In this document: positions 35,907-47,316 of the stretch, piece by piece
Layout: each line of letters opens with the position of its first letter
How positions within the stretch are numbered: the stretch's first letter is position 1
DNA from: Marsupella aquatica
Lineage: Eukaryota; Plantae; Marchantiophyta
Length of the DNA stretch: 64,000 bases
Direction of reading: 5' to 3'
Assembly (NCBI GenBank): GCA_973895155.1
Contig: OZ316894.1
Location: forward strand, 7,712,234 to 7,776,233
Position numbers and translations under genes: made by a program
The notes under the pieces: generated by a model
Database searches by the model: none
The model's input: the letters and a program-made list of their open reading frames with translations, nothing else
What the model was told of the DNA's origin: nothing

Positions 35907-38705
35907 ATGGCCTCGATGGAAGAGCCATTTGATCCAACAGAAGAGCACTTCATCTTGAAGGAGGTCGCGGATATAAGAGCTATAACCCAACTTGATGATC
36001 TAGTTCGTCAGGGAGCAATTGAAAATGAGAAAGCTGTCTATGCAAAGGAAAAGTACAATGAATTGCGCAAAGCATTTCTGGCAATATTGGCCACACAGAG
36101 TTCACTCAAGCACGAGGTTGACGAAATGGAGGTCCAACTGCAGGATTTGACTGGTGAACTCGAGAAAATTCTTAAGGACTCAGTTGAAGATGAAGAAACT
36201 TTGGAGCTTGTCAGAGAAGATGCTGAACAAGCTGAGTCCGAGGCTCAAACTTGCAAAGAGAAGGAACAGACGGTCCTTATGGAAGTTACTGACCTCAATC
36301 AATTGCAAGAATTGTATAAGGAGAGGATTCTTGAAATTGAGAAAGAACACAACACGGCCCTCGCACCTCTTTTGAGTCGATATAAGCAAGAAATAAATGC
36401 AGCAAAGGAGGCCATAGCAGACGCTGTGATCAGGAAAGAACAATGCACAATCGAGACGGAAGAATGTAAACAGAGGCTTCAACAACTGCTGAATGACATA
36501 CAAAACATCCATCTCGAAAAGAAGGCAGATCTTTCAAACCTTGAGCATCTTGAGTTCGCTCCAGAGAAAAATCGCAAGCAGGCAGACATTCTCTCGACTG
36601 CCGTGAAAGCCTTACAACTGCAAGATCAAAAGTGGAGCGACAAGGTGAAGGAGGTTGAGGCAGAGATTGCTGGCCTTCAAGGAGCTGCAAAACACTTAGC
36701 GGAAGAACTCACAACTATCGTAGAACAAATTGAAAAGAATCGGCTTCTAATTGAGCAAAAGGAAAGACAAACCATAGATCTTTTAAAAGATCTCGAGGTT
36801 GCCACGCTTGAAGTTGATGACTACTTAGCAGATCAGGTTAATGTGGATATGCAATTGAGGTCAAAATCATTAGATCTAAAGCTGGAACAAGACCAGATTG
36901 TAAATCGTACGAAGGAAAAAGACAAAATCATGCGGAGGCTAAAGATTGAAGAGAATTTTGTGTCAGACATTCGAGCATCGATTCCCATGCTCATAGTAGA
37001 GCGTGACAAAGCAAATTTCCAGGTTACATTGATCGAGAATGAGAGAAAAAAGGTAAATGCGATGGTAGACGAGCTCAGAAAAGAAATCGACCTTCAGATG
37101 CACAATTTTCTGGTTGTGGAAGCAATAGGAAAAGAAGTGTTTGTGGCTCTACGTGCGAGCCAGAAGCAGGTTGCAAAGATGGAGCTGGACGTGGCTGATT
37201 GTGCTAACACGGAGCGCTTGAAAAATCAGACTCTAAACAACTTGACAATGATGTGTGAACGTACATGTCGTTTGGCTGTTCAAAAACATCACATGTGGAA
37301 GGATGCTGTCCGAAAACTTCACATGATGGATATAATGGTGAGGAATACAATTAAAAGAGATCTTGAATTGGAACAGCAAATAAAGGATGGAGTCCTCTTG
37401 TACAATCTTGTAAGAAGCCAACGCAACAAGTTTGCAAGTCTTGTCCAGGCAAGTGGTGTTTCCATAACTGAGATGAAGGACAAGTTGATCACAATAACTA
37501 TTGAGGTGGAGGCCCTTCAGAATGATGTGAAGTACAAGGACACAACACTCCTCAAACAGAGAGCCGAGTTTCAAGCAAGTGTTAGAGGACGCACTCAACT
37601 TCTCCTTGAACTAACAAAAAGCACTCTTCTTCTTCGGGAGAAAAACAGCCAAGCAGGTGAATTTGAACTGGAGGTGGCCAAACTGGAAGCCTTCGTTAGC
37701 GCTTCGGAAAGGGAAATGTTGAGGACACGAAAGTTATATGGGTTGGAGGTAACTAACCGCAATCAAACAGGGATTGCACTCATAGATCGCAATGACGAGC
37801 TTTGTATTCTATACGAAAAATTAAATGTTCAGGTTGAGGTTTTGAATGGATCGGAGACGGAGCTTCACAAAAGGGTAGATGAAATTAAGTACTTGACCAT
37901 TGAGAGCAAGCACTTGCAACAAAAAATCCTCGCAGCCTATAAACCCACGGTAGACGTTCCGAAGATGTATGACACCCTCAACAATCTCAAACAGCAATTG
38001 ACAAAGGCCAAAACGATGACTGCCAGGTTGGCTGATCTTGTGGAAAATCCAGATAACCTGACAAGATGGAAACTGCTACCAGCTCGAGATCTGACAGAGT
38101 TGGAGCTGCATCTAAAAATGACAGCGATTGATGAATTTTTCTCTGCAAAAGCGGATCAAGCTCTAGAGAAAAAGTTAATTCTTGAGGAGGTTACAATCCT
38201 TACAGATGACTTAGAGAAGCAGGCATCGAAGAATGGAATCAACAACAGAGAGTATTGGGAGCAAGTGAACCACTACCAAAGATATGTTCAGTCCCTCACT
38301 CGGCAAGTGATGGCAACTGTTTCTGAGCTCTCTCTTTGTCAGGCCATTGTCACGACTATGAAGGAGGAGAAAGAGAGGCTTTGCGTGGAGATCTTACAAG
38401 CGTACTCATTCCTCGCCATTGGAGAGCCTCCATCGAAGGCAGCTACCAAAGAGTGGTTGGCTAAGGAAAGAGAAAAGGAATTCTTGCTGAGGGCAGAGGA
38501 AAATCGAGATAATAGAATCACAGGAAACGAGCCTGCCGGTGACAAAAGAAAAAGTAGCACAGCAAAGCAACGGCCAAATGCATATATGGAAGAGGATCTC
38601 GGTTTACCAAAACCGTTTGGATTATATTCGCCTTTCAAACCCTCTGATCCAGGGGGTCAAATGCGTCATTATAAAAACCCTGACCCCAAGCCTCTTGAGC
38701 TCTAG
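35907..38705 (+). CDS. CCDC146: Coiled-coil domain-containing protein 146 / MBO2 (axonemal protein), intronless, about 932 aa
   Basis: Long heptad coiled coil containing RNQTGIALIDRNDELCILYEKLN and MATVSELS. The C-terminus TAKQRPNAY..LPKPFG..PFKPSDPGGQMRHYKNPDPKPLEL matches the recalled CCDC146/MBO2 tail. The first in-frame ATG is at 35907; the ORF track starts at a GTG at 35841. Confidence 0.88.
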   Translation: MASMEEPFDPTEEHFILKEVADIRAITQLDDLVRQGAIENEKAVYAKEKYNELRKAFLAILATQSSLKHEVDEMEVQLQDLTGELEKILKDSVEDEETLELVREDAEQAESEAQTCKEKEQTVLMEVTDLNQLQELYKERILEIEKEHNTALAPLLSRYKQEINAAKEAIADAVIRKEQCTIETEECKQRLQQLLNDIQNIHLEKKADLSNLEHLEFAPEKNRKQADILSTAVKALQLQDQKWSDKVKEVEAEIAGLQGAAKHLAEELTTIVEQIEKNRLLIEQKERQTIDLLKDLEVATLEVDDYLADQVNVDMQLRSKSLDLKLEQDQIVNRTKEKDKIMRRLKIEENFVSDIRASIPMLIVERDKANFQVTLIENERKKVNAMVDELRKEIDLQMHNFLVVEAIGKEVFVALRASQKQVAKMELDVADCANTERLKNQTLNNLTMMCERTCRLAVQKHHMWKDAVRKLHMMDIMVRNTIKRDLELEQQIKDGVLLYNLVRSQRNKFASLVQASGVSITEMKDKLITITIEVEALQNDVKYKDTTLLKQRAEFQASVRGRTQLLLELTKSTLLLREKNSQAGEFELEVAKLEAFVSASEREMLRTRKLYGLEVTNRNQTGIALIDRNDELCILYEKLNVQVEVLNGSETELHKRVDEIKYLTIESKHLQQKILAAYKPTVDVPKMYDTLNNLKQQLTKAKTMTARLADLVENPDNLTRWKLLPARDLTELELHLKMTAIDEFFSAKADQALEKKLILEEVTILTDDLEKQASKNGINNREYWEQVNHYQRYVQSLTRQVMATVSELSLCQAIVTTMKEEKERLCVEILQAYSFLAIGEPPSKAATKEWLAKEREKEFLLRAEENRDNRITGNEPAGDKRKSSTAKQRPNAYMEEDLGLPKPFGLYSPFKPSDPGGQMRHYKNPDPKPLEL

Positions 38706-39989
38706 AAGTCTTGAATAATTGTCTTGACATGAATTCTTCTTTATGATTCAAGAGTGTAACAAACCAGTTGAGGTATGAACTACAGTACCTCGGGAACATA
38801 GCCTTGATTATTTGGACCACCTCATTGTAGTTTAATATCTGCTCCCAGTCCAAGGGCAGGGCAGCTGAAGGATAGAGCGGAGGAGAGTTGGTTCTGCGGA
38901 GAGATCTAGACAACATGTAGAAATATTGTTTGGCATTTCAATTTTTCGGGGTTGAGTATCGTCAGCTTGGCCGTTCAATAGATTTACTAACTTCCTTGTA
39001 CAAAAAGAAGCTTGAGAGGTAGAAGATATTATGACCAACGCGTAGAAATTGCTGTCATACTAGCAATTGTAACTCTTTATTTCATGATACGACAAAAATT
39101 CACTCGATTTCTACAGATTGGAGGATTCTAGTTATCCCTCCTGAATGACAGCGGTGAGGGATTTCTCCAATTTCAGTAATTCTGATGAGACCGGTTTCTG
39201 GTAAAGTGCAGATTTATCAGCAATTGCACCTAAATGAAATCTTATACTGATTCAATTAGAGAATAGAACTGCTTTGCTCTGTGAGAGAAGTACTAATCCA
39301 CCTTCAAGGTTTCCAGAGTTCACACATGCATCTATCAGGTAGTGCAATGCATACATAAAATGCATTTATCAATCATGAGTGGAGCAGATAATTACATAAA
39401 GCAGTTCATGCACTTGTGTAGTTGAATAGTGCGGTATGCGGGCGGGCTCAAGATATGAGGTGTAGAGCTATATGTTTGATGGACTCCCAAAGACAACATG
39501 TGCTTGTGAAATATCATTCAAATAAGTAATTGATACAAGAGTTAAGGGATTCATCTCTCCCGAGGCTAATTCCATGTTAACACACAAGCCAGTTTTATTG
39601 CATTATATACTTGTTGGCCGCACCAAGTCTCTATAGCACAAGCCCTCTTTAATTCTCAAACACTCCATTACAACAAGTCTGAGTTCTACTCACAAGCTAA
39701 CTCCAGCTTGTGTATATCCTAAGTTGCATATCTAACCCTGGTCAAACACTTTACTCTGGTTAGACTAACTGTGGTACATAGTATTGCTAGACCCAAGAGT
39801 AAACGCCAATTTTTTTGAAAACAATCAAATATAGGTAGTGAGAGCACCCCCCCTGGTCCACTAGTCGGGCCACTAGCGGGCCTGGCCTAGAGTAAAAATA
39901 CTTGGACTGTGGGCCCATTTTTTAAAACCCCCATTGTGCCTGGTCTGTGCATCATGGGCATCATTGCCCAGCGTCCATTTTCTCCCATC

Positions 39990-40450
39990 TGGTGACCAAG
40001 TATCATGGAAATCATCTTTCATGTAATCGCACAGCACCCTTGTAGACCTGGATTCTTTGTGGAGGATTGTCTCCATGCAATCCCCTTATCATTTGGGTAA
40101 ATGAACACTTGTTTTATCTGCCATGGCAATACATAGTCCATTTTCTTGGAAGCACCCAACTCCTTCTAAAAACTTACTTGCCACAGGCCAGATGCATCAT
40201 ACCTCATACTTGTAGGGACTTTGGGAGTCCAAGATGGGTTTGCCCACCTTCCTTTGACATGGACCACTTCCTTTATCAAAGGCTCATAGTTCACCACTAA
40301 GATGTCTGTCAACACCCCCACATAATATACATATAGACTCATCTACTGTTGCCCCTGACCTAATGACCCACTTCTCAGTATATACATTCAAGCCATCCCA
40401 GAATCAAAAGTCCTAAACCCAGATGAGTCACAATCAATCAAGGAACCAAG
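39990..40450 (-). pseudogene. CACTA/En-Spm transposase-associated (DUF4216-like) remnant
   Basis: Frameshifted minus-strand peptides FRTFDSG, GVLTDILVVNY..VHVKGRWAN..YDASGLWQVSF, DYVLPWQIKQVFIYPND..AW and ILHKESRSTRV follow the order of the Tnp2 C-terminal region. Confidence 0.6.
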
Positions 40451-40739
40451 TGATGGAATGGTCCTCCAATGGTGCCCATAGGCTCTGCAGGCCCTGTACT
40501 GCAGTGCCTTCCAACTACGTGGTACACTGTACGCTGCTCAGGTTACTGCTTCCCTGCCTAAACCAACCGAGAAACTCTGCTGCATAGGTTACTACTTCCC
40601 TGCTGAAACCACCGAAAAGACTTCCTTACTAACTATATACCAGATGTCAGACTAGAAAAAGCCAAATCAACCAGTGAATACGCCAACGTCCGCTCCTCCA
40701 TATGTCAATTGTCACATTGTACTGTCCTTGCCCTGTAAG

Positions 40740-40887
40740 TGACAGGTGTGAGCAATTTCCCAATAGCTAAAATTGTTTTCCTACCTTGGCAAAACACATC
40801 TACATTGCCTTTTGAGTGACCGGTGTGAGCAGTCTCCCAATAGCTAAAATTGTTTTCCTGCCATGGCAAAACATATCTACATTGCCT
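40740..40887 (+). repeat. Tandem duplication, about 77-bp period, downstream of the minus-strand gene
   Basis: TGACMGGTGTGAGCA.T.TCCCAATAGCTAAAATTGTTTTCCT.CC.TGGCAAAACA.ATCTACATTGCCT twice. Confidence 0.9.
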
Positions 40888-41314
40888 GTGCTGTCACATG
40901 TTCAGATCGTGCGCCATATCCACATTCCCTACTTTCTCTTGGGCTTTCGTGACAGGATTTCACGTTCTAGCGGCAATCTCATCATAACCACCTTACGCAG
41001 AGACAAATTCATTACTTTGAGGTACTTAAGATGAGGTCCTCGAAAATCTCGTTGCTCCTTCATTTCACATTGGAGACATGACCCCAAGTTGAGTGTAACC
41101 CATGTCGGCCAGACTTGGGTTGGATAATTGATAACTGCCTGACGTTTGATACTCTGATATCTACAATACCATTGCAGTCACCTAGCTCCGTTTCATATTG
41201 CACATTTACAGCACTATAATTTTGCTTGTGTGGAAGTATATTCATGTAGGGTACTGGAAACGCATCGGGAAAAAAATTCGATGATCTTGTGGTTAGGCTT
41301 CAGAATTCAGGAAT

Positions 41315-44290
41315 TCATTGCATTGAAGTACTTTTTGATACTGCTGTTGATTGCGCAGAGACAACTTTCCCTAGATCCTTTTTGGGGCCTGGTTCACTCT
41401 CTTCATCATCTGAAGACTCATAAGCCAAACCAAGTATCCCACCCCCATTTGTACGTTCCCCAGCAGATTGCTCACGAGAATCCTTTGTAGCACTGGATTC
41501 AGGGACTTTTACTTGCGCGTCACCTAACGGATTTGATGTGCCCAACTTGCTGTCCAGACCACTAGTGCCCTCTGTGGGCCCTGAGATCCGATGACGCTTC
41601 CGTTTGATCTCAACAATGCTTTTCACTAAGACCTGCTGACTGTATCCAGCAATCAATCATTAGCGAAACACCAAGGATACACAAGGATATAATCCAATAC
41701 ACTTGGACTCTTGACGAGGGTGTGATGCCCAACTTCTTTCTTACAATTAACAAGCCAGGAAACCATAGAGAAGACTAGCATTTGGCAATCAATTGTAATA
41801 GAGCTTGAAGGGGGATGACAATTCTCTGGCACTTACCGGATTCCAGTATGAGGTTTAGGTTCCACCCTAAGAGGCTGTAAAACTGGCGCAGGTAATGAAT
41901 CTACCAGACTTGCAGCTTTGTGCTGACAGAAGTCAAGGAGATCAACGGCAGAGACATCAGGCAACACGAACCAAGCGGAGCATAGAGGATGGAATACGTT
42001 GCATAAAGAAACTTAGAAAAATACTAGAAAAGGATATTTTAAATGCAGCAAAGCTCGCTTCTCTGTCCGGCGTCTCAAACGTTCAGCATCTTCTTCAGCT
42101 TCCATTTGCTCCTTCAGATACAGCAAATCATCGCTGTCGAGTGCTGTTGTTGTCCCTCCCCACAAGGCAACCTGTCGCATGAAATGGCACTCTACCAAAA
42201 AATCACCTACCTACAATATCGCCGAGAGCAGCAGACCATAGATAGAAGAGGACAACTGCTCAGAGGCAATGTGACCAAATTTGAGGTTTAGGTCAACGAC
42301 ACTCATTTCCTATCTGACAAACGATTTCCCAAGGTTCAAAGTAACAAATTCAACTATTGGGGTAAGGATCTAAACAAATTCTTCTGAAGATTCTGTCAAA
42401 TCGCTGAGTAAGACACGATACAGGATCTCTCATTCAGCATTATGACTCCACTATTTCAGCAATGGGCTCAGAAGACTACCGGACAATTACACTTGGAAAA
42501 TCTCAGAACTCGACCCCCAAAATTATGAAAATGAGAAATGCAATGAAGTGGAAAAAACCAGAAAGCCACTATTTGCAGAACACATTGCACCATGAAGAAC
42601 CTCCTCTTCCTCTATTCAAAGCATACATATAAACGTAAATCGAGTCTAATTTTATTTCGAGCCCAACGGAAAATCTGAGGCCCAACTTTCAAATATCTAA
42701 AAAACAGAGGAAACCTTACATCTTCGAATAATTCAAAAACAATTGATGCAGAGAAGGGGCCTGCCTCCTCGTCCATGAAGATACCCGCCACGTTCTCCAG
42801 CCACCTCCTGCATCTGATCTCGACATCATATCCCAGGTGCCACGCCAGATTCCCTGTCAGGGCAAGTTCTCAGAAAACTTTTCGGACAACGAAAACTCCT
42901 TTGATGACCATTAACTCCAGCATCTTGATGGGACAGAAAGGTAGACCAGTCGTTGGATGAACACAATATTTCAGAAAAAGGCCTTTCTGAGAAATACAAT
43001 AACTTTCCCGAGACGACTCTGTGGATACTGGCTCATCCTATCGATGAGCCCTGAACACTAGAGACCTGTCTAAGCAACCTCTAATCAGCATAATTGATTG
43101 ACTCTTAATTTGTTGCCGGTCTCCAGTCGGAACCAAAAGGGTCTAGATTGAGAAGCGTTCCTTCAGAGGCAATCAACTGGATACTACGTTCGCGTTAACG
43201 AAGGGATTGGTGGGCTGGAGAGCAAGAGTGATAGGAAGGCATGCTAGAAATCAGTACTCTCTTTAGATGACACTATGAATGACATCACAATTCGCCCGGA
43301 GCACTAACCTTGGCCACCATCCTTTTGAATGCTACATCTTCATCATCGGTCTTTTCTTTCTCGCCTTTGCTGCCCAATTTCTTATCTGCAGAAGAAAGAA
43401 ACTATGGTCATACATCCTAAGAAAAGGGGGAAGGCAGACAGAGAGTTAGGTCCATTGAAGGCAAAACTGCGCACCGTACTGTAATCTGCTAACTCCGAGC
43501 GCACATTCACCGCCGAATGGACGTGAACAAATGGCAATTCATATAATAAGGTTAAGAACCATACGAAGCACTGCATTTACGATCTACAAAAGATGCTGAT
43601 TATTAAATTGATCTTCATTTAGCGTCCAAGAACCTATCAGCACTTTATTCAACATTTCCCTGCAAGATGTCTCCCATACGGTCCTTTGCCACAGAGGGAA
43701 TCTCCCAACTATGCATTTCGGGCAAGTGTGCGAGTCTGTCCCAGGATACGCTACAACTGTAATGAAGAGTACAGCGAAGTGAAGCTGATATGCAGACATA
43801 AAATTGATAGATACACAAAGAAGTAAGGCAAGAAATATGCAACCCTAAAGAAATCAGAATTATGCCAATTTGATTCGAGGCGGCTCCTGAAAAGAGACTG
43901 CAAGGGTACAAGTGGAACCGGACTGGCCACAATAACGCCCACGATTCTAAAAATATAGAATTTGATCAATCGCTGACCCGTTCTCATGCTTTCCCGAATC
44001 AATCTCTAACGATGGAACAGGTCCCATGTGAAGCGATTCCGCAGCTCACGACGAGAGAGACTTGACTGATAACTGACCACTGAACAAATTCAATAGTTCA
44101 CGCGTCTGCAAATGAGAAAGAAACTAAACTTGATGCAATGACAGAAAAGAAGGAATGATAATTCAAGAACAGATTCCGCGCAAGTCCAAAACGTACATGC
44201 AAACACAGTCGACACCCCAACCAGTGCAACACATCACATACCTCTCGCATCACTGAGATTGGTGTACTCTTTCACTTCCCGGCCAGCCAT
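41315..44290 (-). CDS. Conserved plant protein of unknown function (about 229 aa), 6 exons, with an apparent 1-nt deletion in exon 4
   Basis: Exons 44290-44242, 43385-43309, 42813-42765, 42143-42038, 41919-41837, 41639-41315 give MAGREVKEYTNLSDARDKK..DDEDVAFKRMVAKMQEVAGERGGYLHGRGALDSDDLLYLKEQMEAEEDAERLRRRTEKRA..KAASL..LRVEPKP..GIRQQ..LGLAYESSDDE, a sequence I recall from angiosperm uncharacterised proteins. The exons total 689 nt, one short of 230 codons. Confidence 0.85.
41920..42037 (-). other. U12-type (minor spliceosome) AT-AC intron, 118 nt
   Basis: 5' splice site ATATCCTTT at 42037, branch site TCCTTGAC at 41939-41932, and a 3' end ..CAGCAC a dozen nt later, followed by AAA GCT GCA (KAA). 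Confidence 0.9.
42144..42764 (-). other. GC-AG intron
   Basis: Joining ..GGA CGA GGA G to CA CTC GAC gives the conserved HGRGALDSDD. The only donor at that point is AG/GCAGGC, and the acceptor is ACAACAG. Confidence 0.75.
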
Positions 44291-45884
44291 GATGCAAAAA
44301 CCACGGGCCCGTCCAACTCAGTACACTCTCACAAATGCAGTCGTTCTCTCGAAGTGAGGACCAGATCATGCATAGCTCTCCGCACCCAAACCCCTTCAAT
44401 CCGAATCAGAGCGCTCGATCACTCCTCCTGCTGTCCTCGTGCACCTCAAGCTCTTCTAAGCGGATAACAATTGCACCACAAGAATCCTTTCGAGCAAAAA
44501 TCGAGAAGCACATCAATCATCTTCGTTCATCCCAATCCTCCTCCTCCTCCTCCTCTTCTTTTACCACATTGTCACTCCACGCTGGACTGTACAAGTCTAG
44601 GGTTTCTTCGTTGATTTCGATGGCAGGATTTCTCACTTGCTCTCCGTGTGTGCATCGGATCTGATAGGCCACACAGTAACGAGTTTCTACTCCCTCAGTT
44701 TAGGTCACTGAGACAGGGGCAGAGAAACGGGCAAAGAGGGATAGAGACAGAGGGATACCAGAGGCAGCTGAGCCGTTGGGGTGGAGAAGAGAAGCTCGGC
44801 AGGGGGAGAGAGCGGTTTTCTTCATTATATTATTGTCCTTGGGCATCACGGGGACACAAAGCTGCTGCGAAGCTGGAAGCTAGTGCTGTTGTGAGCAGCA
44901 AGGCTGCTGGACAAGTGCAACATCCTCTCCTCCTCCTCCTCCTCTTGATAGCTTAAACGCTCTTCCGGCACAGCTGCCGCTGCTCTGCAAAGAGATGCTG
45001 GACGGACGTTTGAAAACCGAATTGAAATTGAATCAATCAATCAATCAATTAATCGAACCAATTGTAGAACGCTTTCTACCTGACGACAACGCAACGGCGC
45101 GACAGCTGCTGCTTCTTCAAGGGCGAAGTCGTCGTCGCATACATCGCAAGATCTCACGCATTGCTCTAGTCTCGTCTCTTCACCTCAGTCCTACGCTTCT
45201 CTTCTGGCAATTAGAAGTTCTTCCCCAGGGCCATGCTGCAATCCTGCGAGTACAGTGGTACGCGGTACTTCGCTTTCTGCTTTGCCACCGATTTTCTGCG
45301 TCGCGCTGTCCACTGCAATGGAAATGCTATGAGATTCTGTTGGTATCTGCAGTTGGGTAGGCGTCAATCAGATACTATATTTGAGTCGAGTCCATCAGCG
45401 GCTCAGCGCGAACTGGCTGGAGTACAGCTATTCTATAATGCTAGCAAACACGAATTTTGCTAGGGAGGGGAGTGTTGTTAGCGAGACACTTGTGGTTTTA
45501 ATTTTTTTTGCTTTTTGCTGCTATATATATATTTTGTGTGTTTTTTTATGATTCCAGATGACTAGGGAGATCACTAGCAAAAAGAGGAGTACTCAAAATG
45601 GATGTTATCAACCAGGTTATTCTTAGGAGGCAATTGGATATCAAAAAATTAGGGGTCATGAGAGAATTTTTTTAACTGCAAAGGCTAAAGGTGTGACTGC
45701 CTGCCAGAATTGCATGCCGTGCGCCTGTGGATCAATTGCACGACACTCTTGCATTTGGGGGGATGGGCATCTCGAAAGTCATTTATTATGCTATTATGCT
45801 TGCTCTTGCCCAAACCTTGCGTGATGATATGAAGTTAAATACCTTGAATCAGGACTTCACAAAGTGTGCATGATGATATGAAGT

Positions 45885-46953
45885 ATAGGGTAATAACGGC
45901 TTGGTCTTGGGTTACTGGTCTGTAACCCTGTGACCAGAAAGTGAGGAAATACTGACCGGCAGCCGGGAAGTTTTTTTGAACTTTGTGGGAACAGGTTTCA
46001 GACAGTAACCCCAGCCCAAACTGTCATTATCATACGTAATATCTGTCCGGAAAAAATGTTACCGGGAACATTTTCTGGGTAGAGGATTATGGAAATGGTG
46101 GCACCTAGTAGAAAAGGTTACACACCGGTAACCTTGCTTCCTGACAGGAATTACGTTAACCTGTCCACCAAACTACCCAATATCCTCCAAACAAAATTAA
46201 TTATCAACTGGCTCCTCTACTCGGTGGGGGCCGTTCAATGTCTCTCCATCCAAAGCAAAGTTGATGGTCATTTTCTTACACAAGTTAAAATGCATGAGCC
46301 AAAATGTGTCAGGTTTGGAAGTAATTTCCTGAAAATAAGCGGCCGTTTGCTCCAGGTTTTTGACAAAAAAACTTGCACACATCAGCAAAAAAAGGGACCC
46401 ACAAGGGGCCCACTGACAGATGACTGGGTTCGAGAATGCTTTTGCTTGATTGTGCCCCCAAGTTCCTGTAAAGTGAAGTGTGGCCAGTTCCCACATATGA
46501 ATGGCTGGGATTGCATCCCTCACTTAGAAAAAAATGGAATTGCTGTCCCCAAGTTCTTTGTAAAGCCACCCTTAGTATTAACTTGCACATGGGTTCGTGT
46601 TGCCATGTGATAAGTCACTACTGGCTAGCCTCAGCCCGCCATGACCCCCCTCGGCCTCCCTTCCCCGTTACAGGGCACAGTTACAGGTCTGGGAGGGGTG
46701 GAAAACAAGTTGTGTTTTGCTCCACTCCCCTCACAAAAAAGCCAACACTTTTGGCCCTCATTGTTAGTCAGGACAACACAGAGGGGAAGGGGAAGGGGAA
46801 GAGGGACTGAGGGTGGTTGGGGAGGGTTAAGGCTAACCAGTAGATACTTGCCACATTTCAATGGGAACCCATATATGAGTTAATACCTAACCCAAATACA
46901 AAATGGGTGGCAGGTTGATAATTAATATTGGGTAGAATGGGGGAATGTTACTG
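45885..46953. mobile_element. 1.07-kb insertion with 8-bp target duplication and an internal ~140-bp fold-back at its left end
   Basis: TATGAAGT at 45877-45884 and 46954-46961; removing the insert restores the repeat unit. 45891-45930 is an imperfect inverted repeat of 45991-46029. Confidence 0.6.
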
Positions 46954-47031
46954 TATGAAGTTGAATACCTTGAATCAGGCCTCTTCTTTCATCCAGCACG
47001 CTATGGTGCAATGTGTGGACCACCTAGGGAG

Positions 47032-47316
47032 CTCCGGGGGTTGACTATCAAAAATCTTTGTAACCATGTGCGATTCAAAATATGTATTTTTGATAGAAAT
47101 TAACTAAATTTTTAAAAGTGTAGGAAACAAAAAATGTATTATAAACTCATGTTTATAAAATATTCTCTAATATATACCTATATTAAAGTACAATAGCTTA
47201 TTAATATTTACAATAAAGAATATTCTTGGAATGTTTTCTTTATAAAGTAGGTCTATTTATATTAGGCTAGGATCGCACGTGGTACCCCAAAATATACATT
47301 TAGTTAACCACCCGAG
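47032..47316. mobile_element. AT-rich MITE with CTC(C)GGG termini
   Basis: TIRs CTCCGGGGGTTGACTA / TAGTTAACCACCCGAG. Flanks CTAGGGAG (47024-47031) and CTAGGGAC (47317-47324) match at 7/8. The adjacent repeat copy near 47401 shows the empty site. Confidence 0.75.

Noticed and set aside
42144-42198. Upstream extension of exon 4 (RQVALWGGTTT) that might avoid a GC donor
   Set aside because: It would break the conserved HGRGALDSDD peptide, and there is still no GT donor at the end of exon 3.
46089-46610. 173-aa ORF inside the 1.07-kb insertion as a transposase
   Set aside because: No recognisable DDE, BED-finger or dimerisation motif.
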